Shown: positions 13,507 to 26,278, counted from the first letter of the stretch. The stretch: DNA of 64,000 nucleotides from Klebsormidium nitens (GCA_000708835.1 DF237374.1:15553-79552), one strand, 5' to 3'. The notes: a model not told the origin generated them from the letters alone. A program made the numbers and translations.

Positions 13507-13714
13507 AGTCTCGGTTTTTTATGTTTGAGTTACGGCTACGTCGAGTTACGTCATGCGGCCGGGGGACGGGTGGGGTTGGTTTGGGGGTTTATAGGGTGGG
13601 TACGGGTGCGGAGCATGTTAAACTTTGGGTATGGGTTTTTAGTTTGATCTGTTTGAGCCCGGGCACTCATGATCAAACTCAACACAAGCCAAACTCAACA
13701 TATATATCGAGACT
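13507..13714. repeat. G-rich short dispersed repeat flanked by imperfect inverted repeats, copy 1
   Basis: Core ccggggg..gggt(g/a)gggttggtttgg..gggtgggt..gggtgcggagca is shared with 29700-29760 and partly with 21035-21100. Arms agtctcg..atgtttgagtt and aactcaacat..cgagact. Confidence 0.45.
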
Positions 13715-14689
13715 TATTGCTATGAGGGCCTGCCCGAGCAGGAACCGAGTCACTACTTCCTTGAAGCATTGGCGTGTGATCGGGCTTCTGCCTGCACTCC
13801 GGGAGCACGAAAGACGCGTGCTTTGATTTGATTGTGACCGCCTTTGATGTGTTTGTAACGGATAAAAGGAAACTCAAAGCGGCTCCGGACTCGAACCCCT
13901 TGCACGAGTCTGTAGCTTGGAAAGTTGGTATTCTTGGGGTTCGGTTTCGCAGTAATGTAGCCCCGCCCGACTGAGCTCCGGCTTTGAAGCGCCCCCGCAG
14001 GGCCGCCCACATGAGCTCTACACTTTGTACTCTCTGGCACTCTACGTTTCTCTTCTCGCCGTCCGCCTGCGTTACCCTGATGCGGCAAATGCGACTTCCC
14101 TAGCGGACAAGCCCCATGCCTCCAGAACTCCGTTAAACATCTGAACCGCCGGCATCGCACAAACGGCTTGAGATCAACAGGGGCGTAAGAACGTCGTCGT
14201 GTTGGCACTGTCACGTAATAGTTCAAGTGGGCGAATCGTACAATCAGCAGATAATGGCCTTTCACGCTTCTTGGTCAGAGTCTCTGAGGGAGCTCTGTGA
14301 CGAAGTGCGCGACTCGAAGCGCTGGATCGGGTGATCGAACCGCTTCGTCGCAGCATTGTCAAGCGGAGGCTGCAAAAGGAGGAAACAGACACCCCTGTTT
14401 GTTTTGCCCCCTCACTCTTCTTGCTTTCACGTTTAATTTGCGTTGCTTTCCTGAAAGCCAACATTGGCGGCTTTACCGTCACGGATGTTTACTTCGTGCT
14501 TCCGGTTGAAGCTGTTGGAATCATAGCTGCGCGATATGTCAGAAGGCCGCGGTTAGGGAGAATCTGCTCAGTCAGCAGTGCTTGTATCACCCACACCGCA
14601 GACACAACGGCTCTCGGGCTGGACTGTTATTCCGGGACTTTCGGCGGACTGCGCCAATACATCTTTTCGCATCGAACTTTTCGTCGTTG

Positions 14690-17600
14690 TTAGACGACCA
14701 CGTCAGCCCGTGTCACGTGGCTCACTCTGAGCAGCAGTCTGACGTGGATCCGCCCGTGCTTGACGCCCGCTAACGTCATCCACATGTCCTCCGTGACGCC
14801 CGGCCGCAGGTCCCGCAGGTCGATGTGCGCGGCGCCCAAAAAGTCCGTGCTGCCAATAGCACGCGTCCACGTGTCAGCACGGAAAAGGCGTTCCGGAGGC
14901 TCCGCCGGTGAGCGCGCTCCCACGGAAGGAGAGCGGAAAATAATAGCCTGGCGGGTGAATTCCACTTATGCAAGACGAGAACAGCCGGACGAGCACTTCG
15001 ACGAAGAAATCATTCTGATACCAACTTTGCAAAGAGTTGGATACTCAGTCGAAAGCTGCACGATCAAATGAAGTGGCAGGAGACTCCAGAACAAACTTAG
15101 ACTGTGGCAGACTGCCAGCTCCGCTCGCTTATCAAGTCTGCCCCGTCGGCTATCACCCGGCAAAATGTCATCCAGGCTTTTGTATCATGTCCTGTCCTTC
15201 GGCTTTTGACTCGAATCGTTCCAAGCCTAACACTAGTCTCACTGCAAAGAAACCCTCCTGCTAAAACTAATGCGCCCTACTTTGGACGTTTATGATTCCG
15301 GACGGGCAAACCCAAACATTGATTTTGGACTCAGTTAACCCAGTCTGCGGCTGCTCGAGCGCGTCTCTTTTCGACGTCGCGTCGAAAAGACCACCGGGAG
15401 ACGAGCCGCGCACGACACCTGTTACACACACGCGCGTGCGGCCGCAGACTGGATCAAATAGTCCAAAATCGAATTTCGGGTTTGGCCGTCGGAAATCGAA
15501 AACGTCCGAAGTAGGGCGCACCAGTCTTGTTGCTGCCCCGCCGGGGGGCTCACCTGAAGAAGTCCTTGTCGCGGCACTCGATCCGCAGGAGCGGCTCGTC
15601 CGGGTCGAGCTTCCCTTCGGCGATGATGAACTCAAACGCCTGAGGTGGAACAACAGCTTATTCTGGAGACAGCAAGCAGCGACAAGGGTTTGGAGATCCG
15701 TCTATGCTGGAATCTCCCTCCTTTGCTGAACAGTAGAAAGACCTTGAACAACTTAGACTGGATGATAGAACCTGGAACTTGCCCTGTTCTACCCTCTATG
15801 AGCGTTTCCACTTGTGCTCCGGTTTTAGGAGAGATGCTAAGAATCTATTACACCAAGGCTACTCATATCAGCTACTGCAAACCAGATCTTGTCTTCCGAG
15901 TTCGATAGTATCCGACCGGTCACCTCATCAGCTAAACCCACCTCGTTTCAACCAGGGTTGAGACTCACTTCGAGCTGTCAAATGTTGCCCGAAAGCGACC
16001 TCGTTCGAGATAGGGTTAAGACGCGCGTATTAAGCGGTCATTTGAGTGCCGAATCCCACCTCGTTCCAGATGGGGCTCAGATTGCCCGACTTGACGCTGC
16101 TCTTGCGCAACAGCTTCCCCAGCTTTTGAAAAAACCAGATTTCAATCAGGTTTCGAAACCCACCTCGTTCCAGATGGGGTTAAGGTTGCCGGACTTGACG
16201 CTGCTCTTGCGCGACAGCTTCCCCAGCTTGAGCTTGCAGAACGGGTCGCTCTTCTTCATGATGAAGTCGCGGATGATCAGGTTGCTCGCCTCCACCAGCG
16301 TCACCACCAGCACCTCCGCGTCCCGCCACGTGGCCTCTGCGCAACGTGCCACGTCAGCAGACGTCAGAAACTACTGCAGAAGGGCGCCGCCTTTTGCCTT
16401 TTTTGCATTTTCCTGTGTGTTGAAGAAGCGCTGCCGCTGCACACCGAGGCACGTAAGCCAACGGCTCGCCGCTCGCCAAACCCCCAGCACGAGGATCGTG
16501 ACGTGTGTGCACGTCAGCATACACTCGCTAAAGCAGGGAACAATCCTGTATGCCGATCCGCACTCAAACCCCTCCATCGACGGAGTCGACTCTGCCCTGA
16601 GCCTGCCCGTCCCGCTAAAATAACAATCCGATGACGTCACGTCGTCTCACCTGCGCCCGGGGACAGCGGCGGCGCCGGCACGTCCGCCTCGGAGGGATCC
16701 CCACGGGGATCCCCCCGCCCGTCCTCGCTCTCCCGGCCGTCTTCTCCGGGGGAGTACTCGGGGGTGTCTAGGAGGTCGGGAGATCCCCCTGACGGCACGA
16801 TGGAGATCCGGCTGGCGTGCATTTCCCCCGGAAGCGTTGGGGAGGCGGTCCAGCGGAGGGATTTCAAGGGGGACCAACCGGAAGCGCTGTTCGTATCGTG
16901 CCTGGACAAACGTCGAAGTTTCTCGTTACAATATCAAGATTCGGATTCAAGATTTTTGTAGGTATCAGTTGTCTTGAAGTTTCTTCCGGGAGACTGGGGG
17001 GAGATCAGCGCAGCAATTCCAATTGAGCGACGACGAAAGCGCTGGCCGGGTTGAGGCTGAGCGAAGGACGTCATACAATCTGCTGTAGAGGCTCGTATCA
17101 GGAAAAGGAAAACCGTGGGCAGCAAGCTTAAACACCGTCATCAGAGATGCGCCTCGTACAGCTTCCGCCAGAAAGAGCTTTGCTCGCCCAGTTGAGTGAA
17201 CGGGGTCGACGAGACTCAGATGATGCAATCAGGCCCGGGGGACGCTGTTGGAACGGATGACGTGGCGAGATTTCAGCGAAAATTTGAATCTGTTGTCCTT
17301 TAGTCACTGATCGAGACGGGCCCACCAGCTGCCAACCCCGCGGCGTCAACGTTTCCAACAGCGTCCCCAATCTCTTTCTCAAATCAACCGTCGACCCGGG
17401 GTTGCTAATCCTGGGGTTGCGGAAGCATAACCACACCAAAAGCCGCTAGCCCTCAACGGACAATCAGAAAGCAATATCGACTGACAACGGAGGGGGCCGG
17501 TCCTACCTCTTTTCGAAGATGATTCGCAGGTGCACTTCGCCCGACTCGGTGGCCTGGAGGGGCAGCCAGATATCGTGCGTCACGCCGTCCTTGAACTGAA

Positions 17601-20600
17601 CTAGATCGAGGTCGATGATGCCCAAGAAATCGTTGTCGAAGCCCAGGAAGTCCTTGTCCATGCACGTCAACACCAGGCGAGAGCCCTGGAAAAAGGGTTA
17701 CTAGGGGTTAAGAGGGGTTGCTAGAAACTGCCAGGGGTTAGTGGGGGTTAGTAGGGTTTTTTAAGAGTTAGAAAGGGCGGGACAGAGAAAGCACGGGTCA
17801 AGTTGTTTGTGTGCTCAAATTTAGTGTCTACAAAGACAGTGATCTCTGACCGTATTGTCGGAACAAAGAAAGTGATTGTCAATTACATCAAAATGAGGAG
17901 CGAGCCGTGGGAAATCAATGAAAACGACAGCACTACTTACAACGGGCCGTAGTTTGATCGACAAAAAAGCAAGCAATTTTTAGAAGTCGCCAGGAAGCAG
18001 TCAATGAGCACAAAGCTGGCTCTTGAAGAAGTGAACCTTGTCCAGGGGTTTCTAAGTTATTTCAGAGGGTCAAAATCCGGCGAGACGCCTGAGAAACAAG
18101 GGACTGCCGGACTCCACTCATGGACCCGGGGAACCACGCTACACATTGAGGAGAAGTTTGCACACGATTCTGGCGACAAGCGGTTCTGAGGACCGACGTG
18201 CGCCGAGAAAGCGACTCAGATCCGCTCTTCGTCCCTCAACACGTGAGAGAACCAGATGAAGAAAGTTGGGTCCCTAAGCGCCAACTATTCCAAGATCCGC
18301 TTTGGAATCCGAGGTTCGGAGAAAAACACCACAGACCGAAAAGTCTCAGGATCCAAACAAAAGCGCCACAAACTGTGGGTTACAAGGATAACAGGAGAAA
18401 GCGCACCTGCGAGAAGGAGAAGGTCTCGTTCCACCGGGGGCTAAGCGTCTTGCTCTTCACTTTACTCAGCTTCTTCTTGTGTCCGACTCGCAGCTTGCAG
18501 TACGGGTCGCTCTTCCCTGGACGCACAGCAGAGCGGAGGACTAGCGCAGCGTGACTTTCGCAAGTAAAAAGCTTTCCTTTTTGGTGCAAACGACTCCTTT
18601 GGGTCCGTTGTCCAAAAAAGGAGCGGGGAACATTGACGAAAGCTACGCTTCTATAGGCCAAGGAGCATTGGTCAGCAGGAACAAGATCTGCCTGTCTCGA
18701 GGAGTCGAAACAGGAATCTGTAAAAGAAAAGGTTCCTGCCGGGGTATCATCAAACAGATGTTCCGAACAATTTGAGCAATGTTGGAACCCTCACCGTTGG
18801 AGTCTTTCGCTACCAGGTTCCGTGCCTCCACCAGCGTGATGATCCAGAAGCCGTCACGGGACGCTGCAGAGTGCCAGATATGGTCTAAGAAGTGGTTTGC
18901 ACATTTTAACGTAGCAAAAGTTCCGGGGGAGTTTCAAAGCCACCGGGTTCCAGCTAGCAAAAGACTGGATCCCGGCAACGAAGGCTTTGCGAGGACTCAT
19001 AGAGTCTCCTCAAGGCGAGCCGAGCTGTCCGAAGCAACCGCGGCAAAGCCGTACACGGGATGGAGTAAGGACTTCCATGCCCCTTACATCAGCACGGAAA
19101 TTGCTAAAAACTATCGCTTGGCTTCAGATACTGCACCTCATTCAAGAGTTTTGGGGTGGAACCTTTAGGCACGCACTTCCAGGCAACCAGATCGACCGGG
19201 CTGAAACAACAGCGCGGATGTCTGAGTATGCCTCAAGCTCGGAACGCTGCCTGGTTACAGCGCTAGAATGAGATGTAGAACTGAGCACGGAAAGGCGTCC
19301 CCGAGAGCACGCTCACATAGTGCCTCGTGTACGATCTTGTCCCGGTCGGTCGACCCGGTCGCCGACGTGCTGGCTATCGTCCTCTCGACGGCGGCTGTTT
19401 CGGGCACGCCGTAGAACCTGCAATGACGGAGCGGATCGACGTAAGTTAGTGGCAGGCTATTGCGAGTGAGGGAGCCGCAAAGGCCAGTTTTCTCTTTCAA
19501 AGCTTCGGCATCGGTCGGAAATTATGCCAGATCGTTTGCGGTCCTCCGCACCGTGGGGTGGCTTCGATCGCTCAACGAATTCTGAGGTAAGTGTACGGTC
19601 AAATCCGAAGCTGAGGAAAAGTGTACGTGCCAGTCCGGTACATGTACACGAAAGGAAAGGCTCGAGATCCGAGCGATGTTTGGTCGACGCAAAAGCTTAT
19701 CATCAAGGAGAAAGGCAGCGATTCACAACCAGATATCATCAGAATAAGGAAACGTGAAGAAGATGTGTACAGGGTCCCAGGTTTCAAATTTCTGGGTTTT
19801 TAAGTTAGGCTTTCAATCAAATGAAGAGAAGACTGCCTAGTCCCGCACCAGGATGCGCTGCTTCAAATGCACGCCTCCCCGACCTCCGCGCCCGTGGCGT
19901 CCCGCAGGGGCACCCACGCCGTGTACGGCTCCAAAGTCCACGCGGCAAGAGCAAACCCAACACCCTAAAATCCTAACCCCTAAAATCTCAAGTACTTACC
20001 AGGACGCGCTGCTCCATATGCACGCCTCCCCGACCTCCGCGCCCGCGGCGTCTCGCAGCGGCACCCAAGCGGTGTATGGCTCAAACGTGCGCGTCGCGAG
20101 GGGCTTGTTCTCCTTCCCGTTGTGCCAGTAGCAGGTGCCCCCGTCGTGCATCCACTTGTGCTGCACGCTGCACGCGCCTAGCGCTGGGCGCAGGTTGAAG
20201 TCGGCCGCCGAGGAGCACACGAGCTGCGGCACAGGGGTTAGGGTTTTGATGTTTTGAATTTTAGGGTTTGAGGATTTACGCGGTTATGTACCGGGTTTAG
20301 AAGCGCACTGGGTTCTGCTTCATGCGTCGAGCGCCATGCGCAGATTGCTTTCGGGCGCCGAGGAGCACACGAGCTGCGGGCAGAGATATAGTGGTTTGAG
20401 GACTTTAATTATCTTGGATTTGGTAAAGTTCATTGAATCTTTTAAATGCATTTGCTTTGTGCGGGATCGAGCACGTATTTGAAGCCGGACGCAGATGGAA
20501 ACAACGGAATGAGACCAAGGGCGAAGCTGCGTCGGGTAGATTCAGCTTCATGATTTCGAAGTTCAAGGGTTCTATGGGGTCACGGTCCAAATTAAGAGCA

Positions 20601-23600
20601 CGAACGGGTCGGCTCAAGATCCTCAACAGCTTCTGAAAGCCCGGATTTGACCGAAGCACCGACGGAGAAAAAATCGCCTCGCATGGTGCACGCAACTCCC
20701 GCTCCATGCCTCGAACCTCCACCCAGAGCTGCAGTGCCAGCCAAAGGCGGCTACAATTCAAATTCTACAAATAGCCTGCAAGCTCTCCTCCCTAGTTACC
20801 AATGGAAGACCCACCGTGGCTACCCCCGTGTTGCCCGGCAGCTTGAACTCCTGTTCCAGGGGGGTGCCCCCTGAAGTGTAAATCGTGCCCCCCCCCTCTC
20901 GCCGGCTGAGCACCAGTTTGGAGCGCGCCTTGACGCCCCGCACCTTCATTACCAGGTGAATCTCCGCCGGGTCTGCAAAAACAGACTACAAATCTTCAGT
21001 TTAGTAGTAATAACCCTTAGCAATAGTGAGCTAACCCGGCTTGGGCCGGGTGCGGTTGAGTTGGGGGTTCAGGCTGGGGATGGGTGCGGAGCAGGTGATT
21101 TGTGGGTTAGGCTTTTAGTGTAAATGTAGGAGCTTACTATTGCTAGAGCTTACTATCGCGAAATCGAAGAAACCAAGAACAGGCTGGTCTGTTCTCCCAT
21201 TGGACTCGGTCTTTGTGGTGATAGCCTTCGCCGTATCCAGCATTCTTTCCAGCTCCACTTTTCAGCATTCGCATTTCAGCCTCTGCTTTCCAGCCTCCAA
21301 CTTTCACCTTTCGGTTCTCAGCCCTCGGCCTTTGCTTTTCAGCCCTACCTCAGCTTTCTCTTCCGCCTTGAATATGTGGACAACGGCCCCAAACTCTCAA
21401 AAGAGCCGGACACTTCAACAACGATCTGGACGGTCCGGCTCGGACGCTCACTCTGCGCGCCCGCGTGCGCCCCGGTCGCGGGCCCGTCGAAGAGCCGGAC
21501 TTGCAGAACCGCGACCTTCATCATCCCCCCCTGCGCCTTGATCGCCTTTTTCACCTTGTGCGGGAGCGCGCCCGCGCGCAGCTCCAGGCAGAAGCGCCGC
21601 GGCTCCACCCACTGCTTCGCGATCGCCGTCTTCAGCTCTGACGTCTGCAGGGGGGTCGGATGACGTCAGCAAGCATGCTTGACGTCAGCAAGTATGGAGA
21701 CACGTGTCAGCACGAAGAGAAGCCAAACAAGAACCACAAGCGAAAGCGCCGCGGCTCCGCCCACTGCTTCGCGATGGCCGTCTTCAGCTCTGACGTCTGC
21801 AGGGGGGTCGGATAACGTCAGCAAGCATGAAGGTGACGTGTCGGGAGACAAGCGAAGCCCGAGCGAAAGATACAGCAGAAGCGCCGCGGCTCCATTCACT
21901 GCTTCGCGATGGCCGTCTTCAGCTGTGCCGTCTGCAAATGGTCGAGTGACCCGTCACTCACACGTAAAGGGTCTTCAGCAGGCTAACAGGGTGCGACGAC
22001 TAACCACTGCTTTTGCGATTTCGGACCCTTCAGTTGCGCCCTCACCCCGTAGTATCGTCCAGCCTGAAACCTCAACAGTCATGAAGCAGCAACGCTTCAA
22101 GAGGGATTCGTCGTGGGCGGGCCACACCAGCCAGGCCAAAATGGGGTGAAGCGCCTTCAAAGAGTTGAGTACTGAATACGATGCTCAGCCTTTCGCAAGA
22201 GCGAACGGACAGGAAAGCAAGCTCTCGGGGTTTCACGTCTCGGAAACACAGCGAGGGGGAGCCCTCACCAGCCTGGCCGAAATGGGGTGAAGCGCCTTCA
22301 TAAGTGCCCCAGAGGGCGTTCTGTGTTTTGGTTTCGCCAGTGCCAACAGGAAAGGAAAGTGAACCCTTGAGAATCGCGCATCGAGGGGGATACCACTGCG
22401 GCCATCACAGCCTGGTCAGGATGGGCGGTAGCGCCTCCACGGAGATGTCCAGAGGGAGTACCGTATTGAAACTTTAAGCTTCACCAGTGCCAAAAACAAA
22501 GAATAGAAGTCTCGGTAATCCTGTGCATACAAAAGGCTTCGAGGGGGATCCCCCTGCCGCCCTCACCAGCCAGGTCAAGATGGGTTGCAGCGCCTTCATG
22601 GAGATGCCCCAGAGCGAGATGTCGATGTGCATCTTGGGCTCGCCCGTGAACGACACCAGCAGCACGCGTTCCGCCGGAAAAGGACGGACCCGCAGCTGCA
22701 TATGGAAAGCCCGTGATAAGAGCCGAGTAATCGGTTTTTGAAGCCGCTGGAGCTTCCATAGTCGGGAATGCCAACAGAACCGAGGTGTGCGGATGAAAAG
22801 TGTTTTCTGGTCCTAAGCCTTAGGCTAGGAAGAGGGTTCGGGCTTGCCAACGGAGCTGGGCGCACATTCTCGACAATTGCGGGGAAAGGAAGATCGCTGC
22901 GCTCAGCAGAGGTCTGAAGGAGCAATAGAGGGTGACGCCCTGCGAGACCGCATGAACGATGGACTCTTCTTGAAAAGCTCGAGCCGAATTACGTGCCTCG
23001 TCATTTTGCCCCCTTCATTTCTGTCCTCACCTTGCCGCTGAACCTCAAGCTGGTGACACTGATCGACGACCTGAACGACCAGGTGCGTAGAACAGCGTCC
23101 TCCGCTTCCACGAGATAATCAAGGGCCCTTCAGTGATTCCCCAACGTTTCCCCCTCATCATGTCGTCTTTGTTTCCTCACCTTTCCGCTGATCTTCAAGC
23201 TGGTAACTTTGATCGTCGAGCTGAACGACCCGGGCACGTAGAACAGCGTCCCGAGTTGCATGCGTGATTGGATAACGACTTCCGGGTGCTCCGAGTGGAA
23301 TGCAAAGTCGATGTCCAGCGCCTGATCGCCCATGTGCCGCACGATCTTGGCGGGGCCAAACACCGGGGGCGCCGTCCCCAGCGCAAAGTGCGTGAACTCC
23401 AGCGTTTGCTGCACGAGATACCGCTGAAGCTTAAAACCGTTGTCATACGTGCATTTCAATACTCAAAATATTTGGGATTCGCTTAAAGAGCGCTGACGGA
23501 AGATGAAGTATGGCCTGATCTCCACGTGCCGCACGATCCTGGTGGTGCCGAACACCGGGGGAGCCGTGCCCAGCGCAAAGTGTGTGATTCTAAAGTTTGC

Positions 23601-25390
23601 TGGATGACAAAGAGAAGAAGCTTGATGTATGTTTCCAAACGTCTAGTCAGCGGGTAAGATGGTTGAAAGTTATTGGTGGCCCCGAAAGACGACACGTGTT
23701 GCCCTGACGAAGCAGAAGAAACTCTCGGTTCAAAAATGTCGTGCATTCGCATTTGACTTTTTAAGAAGGCAGTTGGTAGAGGGAACACAAAAAGGTTTCT
23801 ACAGGATCGACGTTCATGCGTCCAGCCCAAAATGATACTTCCAAAGAAGCCAGGGGGCTTTGAATGCTTCCATTCTGCTGAGCTGCGCATATCGTCGTGT
23901 CAAAGCGAAGGGCTCACCATGAATTTGGGCCGGCTCTTGCTGAGCTTCTTCTGCAGCACGTTGCACAGCTGCAGGGCGAACTTGGGCTCGTACACGTTTC
24001 GCCACAGTATCCGGAGGAGGCAGTTGAGCCAGTCCACCGACTCGAGCACCGTCTCCGCCTGGGACACAATTATCCCGTTGTCTGTCGGTGCCCATGGCGT
24101 CGACAAAAACGAATTACTTCCTAGCTTTCGCAGTTCAGATGAATCTTTGCAAAGTGTTTGGACATTACGCTTTATCATTGATGTTCGTAAAGCCTAGTCT
24201 TCATCCAGAAATGATGTTTGCTGGAACGTTGGGCTTCCGAAGGCTCTTCTACTCCTCGAAGCCTTTCACTCAAGGATTGCGCTAGCCCTGATAATGCTCC
24301 TGATCTTGCAGACTCGACATGGTTCAAAAAGCTACGTCCGTTTTCAAAGTTTACATGGTGCCCACACTTCCAGGAACGCTTTCTTACCTTTGTCTCTGCC
24401 ATTTCAAGCTCCCATTGCCTCCGAGCTTTTTGGACTTGTTCCTTCGTGCGCTTTTGCGCTATCTGCAACCACCCATGGGGTATTATTAAGCTCACAGTTA
24501 TTTCGCTTCATTCAATTACAGAGTCAACTTAAGGAGGAGAGGTCAAAACTGTAAGTTGTGCTGATTGCAGCTAACATTTATGTTCATTTTCTGTTTCAAA
24601 GGGCTCTGTTTTGTGGTCATGACAGAGTGGAAGCTGGACTAGCTCCCCCTGATGACTGCATTCAGGCATCTCTGTCCATCAACAGGGCAGATAGTGTCAT
24701 GTTGAGGAGCCCCATCCCCATATAAGGGCCCAGATCCACTCTTCCAAAGGGTGTAACGTACTCCAAACACTGCCTGAAAATTGATCAGCAGTCTCTTGAC
24801 AAAGCTGTGACAATCAATCCATTGCAAGGGGTCCAAGAAGCCCTGAAAAACTAACTGAGTGAACCATGTAGTACGCCTCAAAGACTGGAAAAAGGGGCAG
24901 GCTTTCCAGTGAAACATTGTCAAGCAAGCAAATTATTTCAAGGGGGTCATCAGTTTGAGAAACTTACCCCCCAAATGATGTAGCACACTGCGAACACAGG
25001 AAAGATGGGCATCCTCCGCAGCCACTCTACACCTAGCGCCACCGCCAGCCCCAGAACCACCACCCCAGGAAACGGCCCGTCCGTAACCACCTCGCTAAAC
25101 CGCGCTAACCCCTCGCTAACCAGGTATCCTAACCTCTCACTCCTTGTCCGTTTCAACCCCTCTTGTACAAGCTGATGGTTAGCGGCTCTTGTGGGGGTTC
25201 CCGCTGCAGATGATCCCTGAGAGGACGGCGCCGCTGACGTCATCCTCGAGACGCGTTCGAGAAGTTCGCTGGACAGGTCGAGTTCCTCAGAGGGATGATC
25301 GGGTGTGAATGCATTCCGGCCAAGGGGGCTCTTGGTTGGGGTGCGGGGGCTGCCGCGCCCGGGGCTCAGGGCACCCTTGGGACTCCCCAT
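14690..25390 (-). CDS. Extended synaptotagmin-like protein (N-terminal TM, SMP domain, degenerate C2, two Ca2+-type C2 domains), most like plant SYT6/SYTF; ~15 exons
   Basis: First exon MGSPKG...GVVVLGLAVALGVEWL (TM). SMP domain: ESVDWLNCLLRILW...QTLEFTHFALGTAPPVFG...LRVRP...LLVSFTGEP...WVEPRR. C2 domains: LVEARNLVAKDSNG/KSDPYCKLRVG...TLSPRWNETF/...MDKDFLGFDNDFLG and LVEASNL...KSDPFCKLKLG...LNPIWNE/AFEF...CRDKDFF/STDFLG...RIHVRL. Stop TAA at 14690-14692 (minus). The exon near 17130-17440 is uncertain. Confidence 0.85.
17690..17775. repeat. Degenerate telomere-like (AGGGGTT/AACCCCT) tract at an intron 3' end
   Basis: aagggttactaggggttaagaggggttgct...aggggttagtgggggttagtagggtttt directly upstream of a minus-strand acceptor. 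Confidence 0.45.
21018..21145. repeat. G-rich short dispersed repeat with 15-bp inverted arms, copy 2 (intronic)
   Basis: tagcaatagtgagct (21018-21032) and agcttactattgcta (21131-21145) with 1 mismatch; core contains gggtgcggagca. Confidence 0.45.
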
Positions 25391-26278
25391 TGTTAGAGCC
25401 CCTGGTTAACCAGCTCGGTTAGCCCCCAGCTGCTTAGCTCAAACTTCTAAGTGTCAGGTTTTCCCCTCTGAGAGTTGTGTTCCCACATTTAGTGCTTTCT
25501 TTCAGCTGCCCTACATAGAATTGAGGAGCTCGATCAAAGGTGTTGACTATGCAGCCCCAGAACTAATCTGCTTGATGCAAGATTTGGGGCAAAATGCAGG
25601 CCGGCTAACCCATTGGGCTACATGTTCAGTGTCTGGAACAGATTACAAGAGCCCCTGATGTACACTTCTCTCCAAGCCGGTGCCTTTCTAGATTACGTTG
25701 GAGAGCGGATCAGAGCTGACAATTGTGCATCAAGTGTGCAATTTCTTCTCGAGAGAAGTCTAGAATCCTGATCGTCAACCTGCTGCAGTGATTGAGCTTT
25801 CAAAGGTGTGATTGTTTCCAGAAGCTTTAAAGAAAACTGCATTTGAACCTACAAGGTGCAAGGAACCAGATGGCAGAAAAGGCTCCACTTCATGCAAAGC
25901 TGACAATGTAATCAATGCTACAATCTATGCCCGTGATCAACCCTGCTGCTGCAGCCATTGACGAGGCTTGCTCAATGACGGCACGTTGCAATTTTTGACT
26001 CTCAGTCCCTGCAACTTCAAGCGGCCATGCATTCGTTCCTAAGGCCAGGTACATGCCAGCTTCGAAAGCTGCAATTGGGCTGCAAACTTGCCAGGGCGGC
26101 TTTGGCGACCGCACTGGTGCAAGCTTCCCTTCCGGAGTCGCCTCCTCAACCTTCCAAAGGAACTGATTCGAGCTAACTTAGTGCGCGCGTGAGGATTCCG
26201 TCCGAAACTTATCTCTCTCGGTCGGAAGTCCGGACTGCCCCGAGCACTAATTAGCTCAATGATAACTGTGTAGCCTTA

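Noticed and set aside
13870-13995. tRNA-like A-box (gctcagtcggg) and B-box (ggttcgagtcc) on the minus strand
   Set aside because: The T-stem and acceptor stem do not pair, box spacing is long (~70 nt) and there is no anticodon arm. At most a SINE or tRNA relic, so not called as a tRNA.
15889-16623. 244-aa plus-strand ORF containing internal repeats
   Set aside because: Antisense to a C2 exon and its intronic echoes; the repeats are explained by the duplications
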